Shown here: piece after piece, positions 45,406 through 55,158 of the stretch
How the letters are laid out: the number at the start of each line of letters is the position of its first letter
How positions within the stretch are numbered: position 1 is the stretch's first letter
Assembly (NCBI GenBank): GCA_902551855.1
Contig: CACDER010000001.1
Coordinates: 5,531 to 69,530 of the forward strand
Reading direction: 5' to 3'
Length of the DNA: 64,000 nt
Origin: an uncultured Cryomorphaceae bacterium
Lineage (GTDB): Bacteria > Bacteroidota > Bacteroidia > Flavobacteriales > UBA7430
Translations under genes and position numbers: made by a program
Notes under the pieces: generated by a model
The model's input: only the letters and a program-made list of their open reading frames with translations
Databases searched by the model: none
Told to the model about the DNA's origin: nothing

Positions 45406-47820
45406 TTAGTTTCTTAATGGTTTACCTTTTTTTAGCATATATTCAATTCTTTCAAGAGTCTTTTTTTCTCCACATAAAGATAAAAATGCTTCTCTTTCAA
45501 GATCAAGTAGATATTGTTCACTCACTAAAGTTGGGTAAGATAAATCTCCGCCAGCAATAACATATGCTAATTTTTCAGATATTAATTTTTCATGTTTAGT
45601 TATATAATTTGAGTGATACATTGAATCAGCACCAATTAGAAAACTTCCTAAAATTTCTTTCCCTAAAACTTTAATATTTTTTTCTTTTAATGGAGCTTTA
45701 TATCCTCTGGAATAGAGAGATAACGCTGACATTTTTGCATCATATATCAATTCTTTTTTATTAAATGTAATTGAATCCATATTTTTTCTTAAAAGTCCTA
45801 AATTAAATGCATCATGAGCAGAAGTTGAGACTTTTGCCATTCCAATATTTAAAAAATAATTTTTAATAACAGGATTCATTATTCCTCCAGAATTAAAATC
45901 ATTAGATGCTCTCATAGCCATTTCTTTACTTCCACCTCCACCAGGAATCAATCCAACTCCCATTTCTACTAAACCTATATAACTTTCTACAAATGCTTGA
46001 GTTATATCTGAATGAAGTGCAATTTCACATCCACCCCCCAGAGCCATTCCTTGGGTAGCTGAAACAACTGGTATATTGGAGTATCTGATATTTTGAGTTG
46101 TATTTTGAAATAATTTAATTGCCAAGTCAAGTTCTTCAAATTCTTGTTCAACAGCTAACATGAAAATCATAGCAAGATTAGCTCCAACAGAAAAATTTGT
46201 TGCTTGATTGGCAATTACAAGACCTTTGTAGTTTTTTTCAGCAAGATCAATACCATAATTTATAGCATTTAATGATCCACTTCCAATAGAATTCATTTTG
46301 GAATTAAATTCTAAGTTTATAATTTCATCTCCAATATCGATTATTGAAGCATCATTATTTTTCCAAATAAGATTATCTTTTTTTAGATAGCGTAAGTTGA
46401 AGTTTTTTGATTGATTGGGGGCTAGAATAAAGTTATCAGTTTTTAAGTCATAATATTTATTTTTTCCATTTTCATAAATGTAAAATGATTTATTACCAGA
46501 ATCAATCAATTTTTTAACCCATTTTGCTGGTTGATATCCGTTTTTAATTGCTGAATCATATCCAACTTTAACTCCTAAAATATCCCAAATTTCAAAAGGG
46601 CCTAGTTCCCAACCAAATCCAGATTTCATTGCGTTATCAATCGAGACAAAATTATCTGAAATTTCAGGAACTCTATTTGAAACATATGAAAATAATGAAG
46701 AAAAAATATCTTTGTAAAAAAGTCCAATTTCATCACTGCAATTAAATAAATATTTAATCCTAGAATTTAAATCATTAATTTGTTTGGCATCCCTGATTAT
46801 AGAGTGATTTATTTTTTCTTGTTTTCTATATTCAAACGTTTTTAAATCTAAATAAAGAATTTCAGATTTACCTTCTGAGTCATTTACTTTTTTATAAAAT
46901 CCTTGTCTTGTTTTATCACCTAGCCAATGGTTATTTATAATTTTTTTTATAAAATTAGGGGGATTAAAAAAATCATTAAATTCATCATTTTTACAATTTT
47001 CAAATAATCCTTTTGCAACATGATTTAAAACATCTATTCCGACTACGTCACAAGTTCTGAAAGTTGCAGATTTAGGTCTTCCGATTAGCTTACCTGTTAA
47101 AATATCAATGAATTTTATTGAAAAATTATATTTTGAAATTAATTTAAATAAAACTAAAATAGATGCTACTCCAATCCTATTTGCAATAAATGCTGGGGAA
47201 TCCTTACATAATATTGTATCTTTACCTATGACATCTTTACCAAATTTCATCATAAAATTTGTTACATGTTGTCCAGTAAAATTGGTTGGAATTATTTCCA
47301 ATAATTCTAGGTATCTAGGTGGGTTAAAAAAATGAGTTCCTAAAAAATGTAATTTAAAATTTTCATTTTTATTTTCTATCATTTTAATTATTGGGATTCC
47401 TGATGTATTACTTGAAACAATACTATTAGGCTTTCTATGCTTTTCAACCTCATTGAAAATTTTTAATTTTATCTCAATTTTTTCAACAACAACCTCAATA
47501 ATCCAATCTGCATCCTTAATTTTAGAAAAATCATCTATAAAATTTCCTGTTTCAATTCTATTTGAAAATTTATTGTCATAGAAGGATTTTGGTTTTGATT
47601 TGAGACATTGTCTAAGTGAATCATTTACTATTTTATTTCTTATTTTTTTATCGTTTAATGTCAAGCCTAATTTTCTTTCTTTTTCACTTATTTCATTTGG
47701 TATTATATCTAACAGAATTACATTTAGACCAACATTAGCTAGCTGAGCAGCAATTCTTGACCCCATTATCCCTGATCCTAAAACTGCTACTTTATTAATT
47801 TTATAATCTTTCATCATCAT
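45406..47820 (-). CDS. fadN: bifunctional 3-hydroxyacyl-CoA dehydrogenase / enoyl-CoA hydratase (dehydrogenase N-terminal, FadN-like order)
   Basis: 804 aa. N-terminal Rossmann VAVLGSGIMGSRIA plus HFFNPP. C-terminal crotonase-like ATQGMALGGGCEIALHSD. Confidence 0.9.
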   Translation of the reverse strand: MMMKDYKINKVAVLGSGIMGSRIAAQLANVGLNVILLDIIPNEISEKERKLGLTLNDKKIRNKIVNDSLRQCLKSKPKSFYDNKFSNRIETGNFIDDFSKIKDADWIIEVVVEKIEIKLKIFNEVEKHRKPNSIVSSNTSGIPIIKMIENKNENFKLHFLGTHFFNPPRYLELLEIIPTNFTGQHVTNFMMKFGKDVIGKDTILCKDSPAFIANRIGVASILVLFKLISKYNFSIKFIDILTGKLIGRPKSATFRTCDVVGIDVLNHVAKGLFENCKNDEFNDFFNPPNFIKKIINNHWLGDKTRQGFYKKVNDSEGKSEILYLDLKTFEYRKQEKINHSIIRDAKQINDLNSRIKYLFNCSDEIGLFYKDIFSSLFSYVSNRVPEISDNFVSIDNAMKSGFGWELGPFEIWDILGVKVGYDSAIKNGYQPAKWVKKLIDSGNKSFYIYENGKNKYYDLKTDNFILAPNQSKNFNLRYLKKDNLIWKNNDASIIDIGDEIINLEFNSKMNSIGSGSLNAINYGIDLAEKNYKGLVIANQATNFSVGANLAMIFMLAVEQEFEELDLAIKLFQNTTQNIRYSNIPVVSATQGMALGGGCEIALHSDITQAFVESYIGLVEMGVGLIPGGGGSKEMAMRASNDFNSGGIMNPVIKNYFLNIGMAKVSTSAHDAFNLGLLRKNMDSITFNKKELIYDAKMSALSLYSRGYKAPLKEKNIKVLGKEILGSFLIGADSMYHSNYITKHEKLISEKLAYVIAGGDLSYPTLVSEQYLLDLEREAFLSLCGEKKTLERIEYMLKKGKPLRN

Positions 47821-48244
47821 TAATTATATTAATTGTTCTATCTATTGTATCCATTACTTTATAAAAAGATTTTAGATCTTCTTTGGGAACGTTATTGAAA
47901 ATTGTCTCATTAAATTTTTTAACGTACTTAGAAGCTATTTTTCTGAATTCTATTCCCTTTTTAGTTAAAAAAATTTTAACTTTTCTTTTATCATTACTGT
48001 ATTGATTTTTAACAATTAAATCTTGTTCTAGCATATTTTTTAATGTTCTGGTTAAACTTCTGGATTCCATTCCCATTTTTGGTCCAAGTTCAGTTGAGAA
48101 AGTACCATTTTTATCAATATTTAATAAGGCATAACCAATAGAATTTGAAGAATTAAATTTTTTTGCATGACAATTATATGCTCTTGACAGAGAATGCCAT
48201 GACCACCTTATCCTAAAGTCAATTAATTGTTTTTTAGTAACCAT
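47801..48244 (-). CDS. MarR-family transcriptional regulator heading the fadN-fadA-fadE unit
   Basis: 147 aa. Winged-HTH pattern (LGPKMGMESRSLTRTLKNMLEQDLIVKNQYSNDKRKVKIFLTKKG). Overlaps the fadN start by 20 nt. Confidence 0.8.
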   Translation of the reverse strand: MVTKKQLIDFRIRWSWHSLSRAYNCHAKKFNSSNSIGYALLNIDKNGTFSTELGPKMGMESRSLTRTLKNMLEQDLIVKNQYSNDKRKVKIFLTKKGIEFRKIASKYVKKFNETIFNNVPKEDLKSFYKVMDTIDRTINIINDDERL

Positions 48245-48291
48245 AACTTACAATTTTTATAAAATTACAAAAATAAGTTATGCAAGCATAA
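48242..48291 (-). promoter_or_regulatory. nested dyad symmetries (candidate MarR operator or start-codon hairpin) upstream of and overlapping the marR start
   Basis: A perfect 9-bp inverted repeat: CATAACTTA (48242-48250, includes the marR ATG on the minus strand) and TAAGTTATG (48274-48282), with a 23-nt spacer. A second palindrome, TTATGC-AA-GCATAA, lies at 48278-48291. Confidence 0.45.
48268..48275 (-). promoter_or_regulatory. candidate Bacteroidota -7 promoter box (TATTTTTG) for marR-fadNAE
   Basis: The minus strand reads TATTTTTG (fits TAnnTTTG) 23 nt upstream of the marR ATG. It overlaps the distal arm of the 9-bp inverted repeat. Confidence 0.35.
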
Positions 48292-48303
48292 TATTTTAAA
48301 TAT

Positions 48304-50076
48304 TTATTTCTTTTTATAGATGTATGAATAATCTTCAGAATATTTTGAAATTATAATTTTTCTCTTGAGTTTCATTGTTGCTGTTAATTCCCCTGTTTCA
48401 ACAGACCATGAAGAATTCATTAATTTAAATTTTTTTATTCTTTTGTAAGAGGCAAATCTGGAATTTAAATCATCTATATCAGTTTGAAAGGCATTCATTA
48501 TTAAATTATTTGAATTTAAATCATTTACTTTCGATAAGTCTATGTTATTTGCTTCACACCAGGTATTTAAAAAATTAAAATCAGGAACAATGAATGCTCC
48601 AGGCATTTTTTCTCCTTCGCCAATTACCATTATTTGTTCTATGAATTTTGATTCTTTAAAAACATTTTCCATTACCTGAGGCTCAATATATAGTCCTCCT
48701 GAAGTTTTAAAAATTTCTTTTTTTCGGTCAGTAATTTTCAAGAAATTATCCTCGATCATCGTCCCAACATCTCCAGTTGAAAACCATCCATCTTTATCTA
48801 AAACCTGAGAGGTGAGTTCTGGTTTATTAAAGTACCCCATCATTACATTATGTCCTTTGCATAAAATTTCACCTTCATTACTAAATTTTACTTTTATACC
48901 AGGCATGATTTTACCGACACTACCATAACATTTTCCCCTACCCTTAATTGTATTTGCCGAAATAACAGGAGATGTTTCTGATAGACCATAGCCTTCGTAA
49001 ACTGGTATATTTGCAGCAGTAAAAACTTTGGCTAACCTTGTTTGAAGAGCTGCTGCTCCAGAGAAAACATATCTGAGATTACCTCCTAAAGCTTCTCTCC
49101 ACTTTTTAAAAATTAATTTATTGGCAATTTTTAATTTAAATTCGTACCAAAATCCATTTTTACCATAAAGCTCATGTTGAAGTCCTAAATTTACAGCCCA
49201 AAAGAATAGTTTTTTCTTAAAGCCGGTTAAATCTTCGCCTTTAGCTATAATTTTATCATATAATTTTTCAAGTAATCTAGGAACTGTACACATTATTGAA
49301 GGTGATATTTCTTTAAGATTATCTCCAAGTTTATCAATACTTTCAGCATAATAAATAGAAACACCATTTAATATGTAATAGTATTCTACAACCCTCTCAA
49401 AAACATGACATAAGGGAAGAAAGCTGATTGCTCTATCACTACTGTACAATGGTAAATATTCTCTTAAACCATAGAATTGACCAAAGAGGTTATCGTGAGA
49501 TAACATCACACCCTTGGGATTACCTGTGGTCCCTGAAGTATAGATTAAAGTAAATAAATCTGACGATTTGATTTGTTCTTGATTTTTTTTCATTTGATCA
49601 TACTTGGGATTTTTTTCTCCAATCTCTAATATTTCTCTCCAGTTTCGGCAATTATCTATTTGATCAAAAGAAAAAATATGCTCTAAAGTATCTATTTTTT
49701 CAACTAAATGGTTAATTTTATTGTAAATTTCTAATGAACCTGCAAAAACTACTTTTGAACCAGCATCTCTGATTATGTACTCGTAATCTTTTGATGTTAT
49801 ATTTGGATATATAGGGGCATTAACGCCTCCGATTTTACTAATTCCCATATCAACAATACTCCACTCAACTCTATTTGATGATATGATAGAAAGTTTATCA
49901 CCTTTGTTAATACCAAGATTAATTAAACCATATGATATTAGATTTGATAAATTATTATATTCTGTGGCGGAATATTTCTTCCAAATTCCATTTTCTTTTC
50001 CTGATATTAAATCTTTTTTGTTAAAATTATTTAGTGAGAATTCACATATTTCAAAAATTTTAGTTGGTTTATCCAT
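48304..50076 (-). CDS. fadD: long-chain-fatty-acid--CoA ligase (AMP-forming)
   Basis: 590 aa. AMP-binding motifs YTSGTTGNPKGVMLSH, YEGYGLSE, TGDVG and GLYIEPQ. Confidence 0.85.
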   Translation of the reverse strand: MDKPTKIFEICEFSLNNFNKKDLISGKENGIWKKYSATEYNNLSNLISYGLINLGINKGDKLSIISSNRVEWSIVDMGISKIGGVNAPIYPNITSKDYEYIIRDAGSKVVFAGSLEIYNKINHLVEKIDTLEHIFSFDQIDNCRNWREILEIGEKNPKYDQMKKNQEQIKSSDLFTLIYTSGTTGNPKGVMLSHDNLFGQFYGLREYLPLYSSDRAISFLPLCHVFERVVEYYYILNGVSIYYAESIDKLGDNLKEISPSIMCTVPRLLEKLYDKIIAKGEDLTGFKKKLFFWAVNLGLQHELYGKNGFWYEFKLKIANKLIFKKWREALGGNLRYVFSGAAALQTRLAKVFTAANIPVYEGYGLSETSPVISANTIKGRGKCYGSVGKIMPGIKVKFSNEGEILCKGHNVMMGYFNKPELTSQVLDKDGWFSTGDVGTMIEDNFLKITDRKKEIFKTSGGLYIEPQVMENVFKESKFIEQIMVIGEGEKMPGAFIVPDFNFLNTWCEANNIDLSKVNDLNSNNLIMNAFQTDIDDLNSRFASYKRIKKFKLMNSSWSVETGELTATMKLKRKIIISKYSEDYSYIYKKK

Positions 50077-50152
50077 TTATATTTTTTTAAATTTCGATTA
50101 ATATAATAAATTTAATAAAATAATTTTTTGGCACTGTAAAAATAATTTTAAA

Positions 50153-52246
50153 ATGTTAGATACTAAAATTGAATTTTTAAAAGAAATTTCCTCTGAAAAA
50201 GCAAAAATATTGAAAAGTGAACTAAATATCTGTACTTTAAAGGATGCATTTGAATATTATCCTTTCAGATATTTAAGCAAAGAAAATTATCAAAAAATCT
50301 CTCAAATTGATAGTTGTGATATTGAGGTTCAGATAATTGGAAAAATTATAAGTTTAGAAGAAAAAGGATCAGGAAAGAAAACTAGACTGAGTGCAGTATT
50401 AAAAGATGATTCATCATTAATTGAGCTAATATGGTTTAATAAAATATCTTGGGTAAAAAAAATAATTAAATTAAATGAAAAAGTTATAGTTTATGGAAAA
50501 CCTAATTTTTTTAAGGGTTCATATAGTATTTCCCATCCCGAGATAGAGGTATTTAATTTTTCAAATCAAAAGTTGAATTTTTCAATGCAAGGAGTATATT
50601 CCTCAAATGAAAAATTAAGATCAAGATATTTAAATTCAAGAGGCATATACAAAATTATTAATAAACTAATAAATTCTTACTCAATGTATATTGATGAAAC
50701 ATTATCAAATGAAATCCTCAAAAATTTAAAGTTAATATCAAAAAAAGATGCAATAATAAACATCCACTCACCTAAGTCAAAATTATTATTAAAACATGCA
50801 AAAAGAAGATTGAAATTTGAAGAATTTTTTTTTATTCAACTATCTGCTTTGATAAAAAAGAAATTTACTCAAAAAAAATTAAAATCTTATAAATTCAAAA
50901 AAATAGGTTATTTTTTTAATAATTTTTTTGAAAAAAAACTTGAATTTGAGTTAACCAATGCTCAAAAAAAAGTTATTAAACAAATTAGAAAAGATTTAAA
51001 TTCTGGTAAACAAATGAATAGATTACTTCAAGGTGATGTTGGAAGTGGTAAAACCATTATTGCCATTATGTCTATGCTAATTGCTAAAGATAATGGTTTT
51101 CAATCATGTTTTATTGCTCCAACAGAAATTTTAGCAAATCAACATTTTAATCAAGTTAATACGATTTTATCAAGTATTGGTATTAAAGTTAACTTATTAA
51201 CTGGTTCAACAAAGTTTAGTATGAGAAAAAAATTATTTAATGAATTGATTGATGGAAAAATTGATATTTTGATTGGAACTCATGCTATTTTTGAGGAAAA
51301 TGTTAAATTTAAAAATCTAGGGATTTCAATTATTGACGAGCAACATAGGTTTGGAGTATCCCAAAGATCTAAAATGTGGAGTAAAAATATAAATCCTCCT
51401 CATATTTTGGTTATGACTGCAACTCCAATACCGAGGACATTGGCTATGACATTATATGGAGATCTAGATTTGTCTATTATTGATGAACTCCCACCAGGTA
51501 GAAAACCAATTTCAACTTTGCATAAATTTGATAGTAATAGATTAGCAGTATTTGAATTTATAAAAAAAGAAATTAGTAAAGGGAGACAAATATATATAGT
51601 TTATCCTCTTATTGAAGAGAGTAAGGTATTAGATTATAAAGATTTAATGGATGGATATGAAAGTATTTGTCGCCACTTTTTAAAACCAGATTATCAGATT
51701 TCAATATTACATGGAAAAATGAAATCTAAAGATAAAGAATATGAAATGGAAAGATTTATTAAAGGAAATACAAATATTATGATTGCTACTACAGTAATTG
51801 AGGTTGGAGTAAATATTCCTAATGCTTCAGTTATGATTATTGAAAGTGCTGAAAGATTTGGTTTATCTCAACTTCACCAGTTAAGGGGTAGAGTTGGAAG
51901 AGGTGTGGATAAATCTTACTGTATACTTATGAGTTCTAATAAATTGAGTAATGATGCAAAATTTAGACTATCTACCATGGTTAAGACTCAAAATGGTTTT
52001 GAAATTGCTGATGCTGATCTTAAATTAAGAGGGCCTGGAGATCTTATGGGGACAAAGCAGAGTGGGGATCTTAATCTAAAGATAGGAGATTTGTCAAGTG
52101 ATTTTAACATAATTAAATATGCCAGGTATGAAGCAAAGAAAATTATTAAAAATGATCCAAAAATTAGCCATATTGCAAACAAATTAATTTTGAGAGAATA
52201 CAAAAAAAATTATTCTGATAAAATTTATTGGAGTAAGATTAGTTAA
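50153..52246 (+). CDS. recG: ATP-dependent DNA helicase RecG
   Basis: 697 aa. N-terminal wedge/OB region, then helicase motifs GDVGSGKT, DEQHRFG, TATPIPRT and QLRGRVGRG. Confidence 0.95.
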   Translation: MLDTKIEFLKEISSEKAKILKSELNICTLKDAFEYYPFRYLSKENYQKISQIDSCDIEVQIIGKIISLEEKGSGKKTRLSAVLKDDSSLIELIWFNKISWVKKIIKLNEKVIVYGKPNFFKGSYSISHPEIEVFNFSNQKLNFSMQGVYSSNEKLRSRYLNSRGIYKIINKLINSYSMYIDETLSNEILKNLKLISKKDAIINIHSPKSKLLLKHAKRRLKFEEFFFIQLSALIKKKFTQKKLKSYKFKKIGYFFNNFFEKKLEFELTNAQKKVIKQIRKDLNSGKQMNRLLQGDVGSGKTIIAIMSMLIAKDNGFQSCFIAPTEILANQHFNQVNTILSSIGIKVNLLTGSTKFSMRKKLFNELIDGKIDILIGTHAIFEENVKFKNLGISIIDEQHRFGVSQRSKMWSKNINPPHILVMTATPIPRTLAMTLYGDLDLSIIDELPPGRKPISTLHKFDSNRLAVFEFIKKEISKGRQIYIVYPLIEESKVLDYKDLMDGYESICRHFLKPDYQISILHGKMKSKDKEYEMERFIKGNTNIMIATTVIEVGVNIPNASVMIIESAERFGLSQLHQLRGRVGRGVDKSYCILMSSNKLSNDAKFRLSTMVKTQNGFEIADADLKLRGPGDLMGTKQSGDLNLKIGDLSSDFNIIKYARYEAKKIIKNDPKISHIANKLILREYKKNYSDKIYWSKIS

Positions 52247-52282
52247 TAAATTAATTTTTTGTTTCACTAAGATTTTTGTTTG

Positions 52283-52290
52283 TACTTTTG
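52283..52290 (+). promoter_or_regulatory. candidate -7 promoter box (TACTTTTG) for maeB
   Basis: Exact TAnnTTTG match 16 nt upstream of ATG 52307. A TTG at 52259-52261 gives a 21-nt spacer, consistent with a -33 element. Confidence 0.35.
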
Positions 52291-52306
52291 GAATTAAATA
52301 TATTAA

Positions 52307-54574
52307 ATGAAAAAAATTAAAAAGCAAGAAGCCCTAGATTTTCACTCTGAAGGACGACCAGGAAAGATTCAGGTTGTTCCTACAAAAAAAACAAATTCAC
52401 AAAGAAACTTATCTTTAGCTTATTCACCAGGTGTTGCAGAACCTTGTATACGGATTTTTGAGAATAAAGATGATATTTATAAATATACTGCTAAAGGAAA
52501 TCTAGTTGCTGTAATAACTGATGGAAGTGCTGTACTTGGCCTTGGGAATATTGGACCTGAAGCTTCAAAGCCTGTCATGGAGGGTAAGGGATTATTATTT
52601 AAAATGTACGCAGATATCGATGTATTTGATCTTGAATTAAATACTTCTTCAGTAGATTCATTTGTTAGTACAGTTAAGTCTATATCCCCAACATTTGGAG
52701 GAATAAATTTAGAAGATATCAAGGCCCCTGAATGTTTTGAGATTGAAAAAAAACTTAAAAAATTCCTGGATATTCCTGTCATGCATGATGATCAACATGG
52801 AACTGCAATTATTTCTGGTGCAGCTCTCATAAATGCTTTAGAATTAGTAGAAAAGAATATCAAGGATGTCAAAATTGTAATTAATGGAGCAGGAGCCGCC
52901 TCAATATCATGCGCAAATATTTATCTTTCACTAGGAGCTAATTTAAAAAATATAATAATGCTTGATAGTAAAGGTGTGATTAGAAAAAATAGAAGGTTCC
53001 TAGAAACTTATAAAAGTAAATTTGCTACAAAATTGAAAATAGATACTCTCGAAGAAGCTATTCTAGAGTCAGACGTTTTCATTGGACTTTCCAAAGGGAA
53101 TATTTTAACTGCAAAAATGATAAAATCCATGTCTAATAATCCAATAGTTTTTGCAATGGCTAATCCCGACCCTGAAATATCTTACTCTAAGGCTATTTTA
53201 GCTAGAAAAGATATTATTTTTGCTACCGGAAGGTCAGATTTTCCAAATCAAGTAAATAATGTTTTAGGATTTCCTTACATTTTTAGAGGTGCACTCGATG
53301 TTAGAGCAAAGTGTATAAATGAAGAAATGAAAATTGCTGCAGTTAGAGCAATTGCTCATTTGGCAAAAGAAAGCGTTCCCGAGGATGTAAAATTAAGTTA
53401 TGATAAAAAAAATTTATGTTTTAATAAAGATTACATCATTCCAAAACCAAACGACCCAAGATTAATATCAGAAATTTCTTCAGCAGTTGCAAAAGCAGCT
53501 ATTGATTCTGGTGTTGCAAGAAAAAATATTATAGATTGGGACAATTACAAACAGAGCCTGAATAATCGAATAGGTAATCAAAATAAATTAATTCAAAGAT
53601 TAACTAATATTGCAAAATCAAATTTTAAAAAAATAGTTTTTGCTGAAGCAGATCAATATAATGTTTTAAAAGCTGCATATAAAATAAAAGAAGAAAAAAT
53701 TGCAGAACCAATTTTACTTGGTCGTCAGAAAAAAATAATGAGTTTAATTGAAGAAAATTCTTTAGAATTTGGAAATGTAAATATAATAGACCCCAAGTCT
53801 GACGAATTACAAAGCAAAGTCAAATATTACGCCAATAAACTATGGAAAAAACGCTCTAGATCAGGTTTTACAGAATATAATTCAAGAAAATTAATGAGGG
53901 AAAGAAATTATTTTGCATCTATGATGGTTGAGTTAGGAGATGCTGATGCCATGATATCTGGTTTTACCAGAAATTACCCAGAAACTATCAAGCCTGCTCT
54001 TCAAATTGTTGGAACAAAGTATCACAATAAAAAAGTTGCAGGTTTATTTATTATTATGACAAATAGAGGACCATTATTTATTGCTGATACTACAATCAAT
54101 ATTAATCCTAATTCTGAGGAATTAGCTGATATAACAGAATTAGTAGCAGATGCTGTAGAGAAATTTGGAATAAAACCTGTTGTTGCAATGTTATCATATT
54201 CAAATTTTGGATCAACAAGAGATTCAAATTCACTTAAAGTAAAAAAAGCAGTAAGTATAATAAAAAATAGAAGATCTGATTTAATATTAGATGGGGAGAT
54301 TCAGGGAAATTTTGCTGTTAATAATAAATTATTGTTAGAAAAATTTCCTTTTTCTGAACTTATAGGTAAAAAAGTAAATGTTTTAATATTTCCAAATTTA
54401 GAATCTGGTAATATTAGTTATAAACTTTTACAAGAATTAGGTGGATTTGAAACAATAGGACCTATTTTAGTTGGTTTAAATAAGTCAATACATATTGTTC
54501 AACTTGGAGCAAGTGTTAAAGATATTTTTAATATTTCAATATTTGCATCAGTTGATGCTTTAAATAAAAATTAG
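52307..54574 (+). CDS. maeB: NADP-dependent malic enzyme with C-terminal phosphotransacetylase-like domain
   Basis: 755 aa. Motifs YSPGVA, VITDGSAVLGLGNIGP, DDQHGTA, NGAGAA and ANPDPE, followed by a PTA-like domain of about 330 aa. Confidence 0.95.
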   Translation: MKKIKKQEALDFHSEGRPGKIQVVPTKKTNSQRNLSLAYSPGVAEPCIRIFENKDDIYKYTAKGNLVAVITDGSAVLGLGNIGPEASKPVMEGKGLLFKMYADIDVFDLELNTSSVDSFVSTVKSISPTFGGINLEDIKAPECFEIEKKLKKFLDIPVMHDDQHGTAIISGAALINALELVEKNIKDVKIVINGAGAASISCANIYLSLGANLKNIIMLDSKGVIRKNRRFLETYKSKFATKLKIDTLEEAILESDVFIGLSKGNILTAKMIKSMSNNPIVFAMANPDPEISYSKAILARKDIIFATGRSDFPNQVNNVLGFPYIFRGALDVRAKCINEEMKIAAVRAIAHLAKESVPEDVKLSYDKKNLCFNKDYIIPKPNDPRLISEISSAVAKAAIDSGVARKNIIDWDNYKQSLNNRIGNQNKLIQRLTNIAKSNFKKIVFAEADQYNVLKAAYKIKEEKIAEPILLGRQKKIMSLIEENSLEFGNVNIIDPKSDELQSKVKYYANKLWKKRSRSGFTEYNSRKLMRERNYFASMMVELGDADAMISGFTRNYPETIKPALQIVGTKYHNKKVAGLFIIMTNRGPLFIADTTININPNSEELADITELVADAVEKFGIKPVVAMLSYSNFGSTRDSNSLKVKKAVSIIKNRRSDLILDGEIQGNFAVNNKLLLEKFPFSELIGKKVNVLIFPNLESGNISYKLLQELGGFETIGPILVGLNKSIHIVQLGASVKDIFNISIFASVDALNKN

Positions 54575-54576
54575 AT

Positions 54577-55158
54577 ATGATATCATATATTGAAGGTAAA
54601 ATTATAGAGTTAAACCCTGCATTTGTTGTTTTAGATTGCAATGGTATAGGGTACATGTTAAATATTTCAATTAATACATTTAATAAGCTCGAAGGGTTAG
54701 ATTCATGTAAATTGAAAACTCATCTGTCAATTAAAGAAGATTCTCATACATTATTCGGTTTTTTTGATGATTTTGAAAGAAAAATTTTCAGGTTATTAAT
54801 TTCTGTATCTGGAGTCGGTCCTTCCACAGCTAGAGTAATCCTATCATCAATGAATACCTCAATAATAAGGAATGCAATAATTAACGAAGATTCATTAAAA
54901 ATTAAATCTATTAAGGGAATTGGATTGAAAACTGCTCAAAGAATTATTTTAGATTTAAAAGATAAAATTATAAAACTTGATGAAAAAACTGAATTAAATT
55001 TAAATATAGACAATAGAAATAGAGAAGAAGCGTTATCAGCTTTAGAAGTTTTGGGGTTTTCCTCGAAAAATGTTCATAATTTGATAGATAGCCTTCTTGA
55101 CAAAAATCCTTCAATCAAACTTGAAGATCTAGTTAAAGAGGCTCTTAAGCAATTATAA
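54577..55158 (+). CDS. ruvA: Holliday junction branch-migration complex subunit RuvA
   Basis: 193 aa. MISYIEGKI...GIGYML OB domain, and HhH motifs SVSGVGPSTARVILS and IKGIGLKTAQRI. Confidence 0.95.
   Translation: MISYIEGKIIELNPAFVVLDCNGIGYMLNISINTFNKLEGLDSCKLKTHLSIKEDSHTLFGFFDDFERKIFRLLISVSGVGPSTARVILSSMNTSIIRNAIINEDSLKIKSIKGIGLKTAQRIILDLKDKIIKLDEKTELNLNIDNRNREEALSALEVLGFSSKNVHNLIDSLLDKNPSIKLEDLVKEALKQL

Noticed and set aside
50121-50130. TAATTTTTTG upstream of recG, considered as a promoter -7 box.
   Set aside because: It does not fit TAnnTTTG because it has one extra nucleotide between the TA and the TTTG. It is also 22 nt from the ATG. The evidence is too weak to call.
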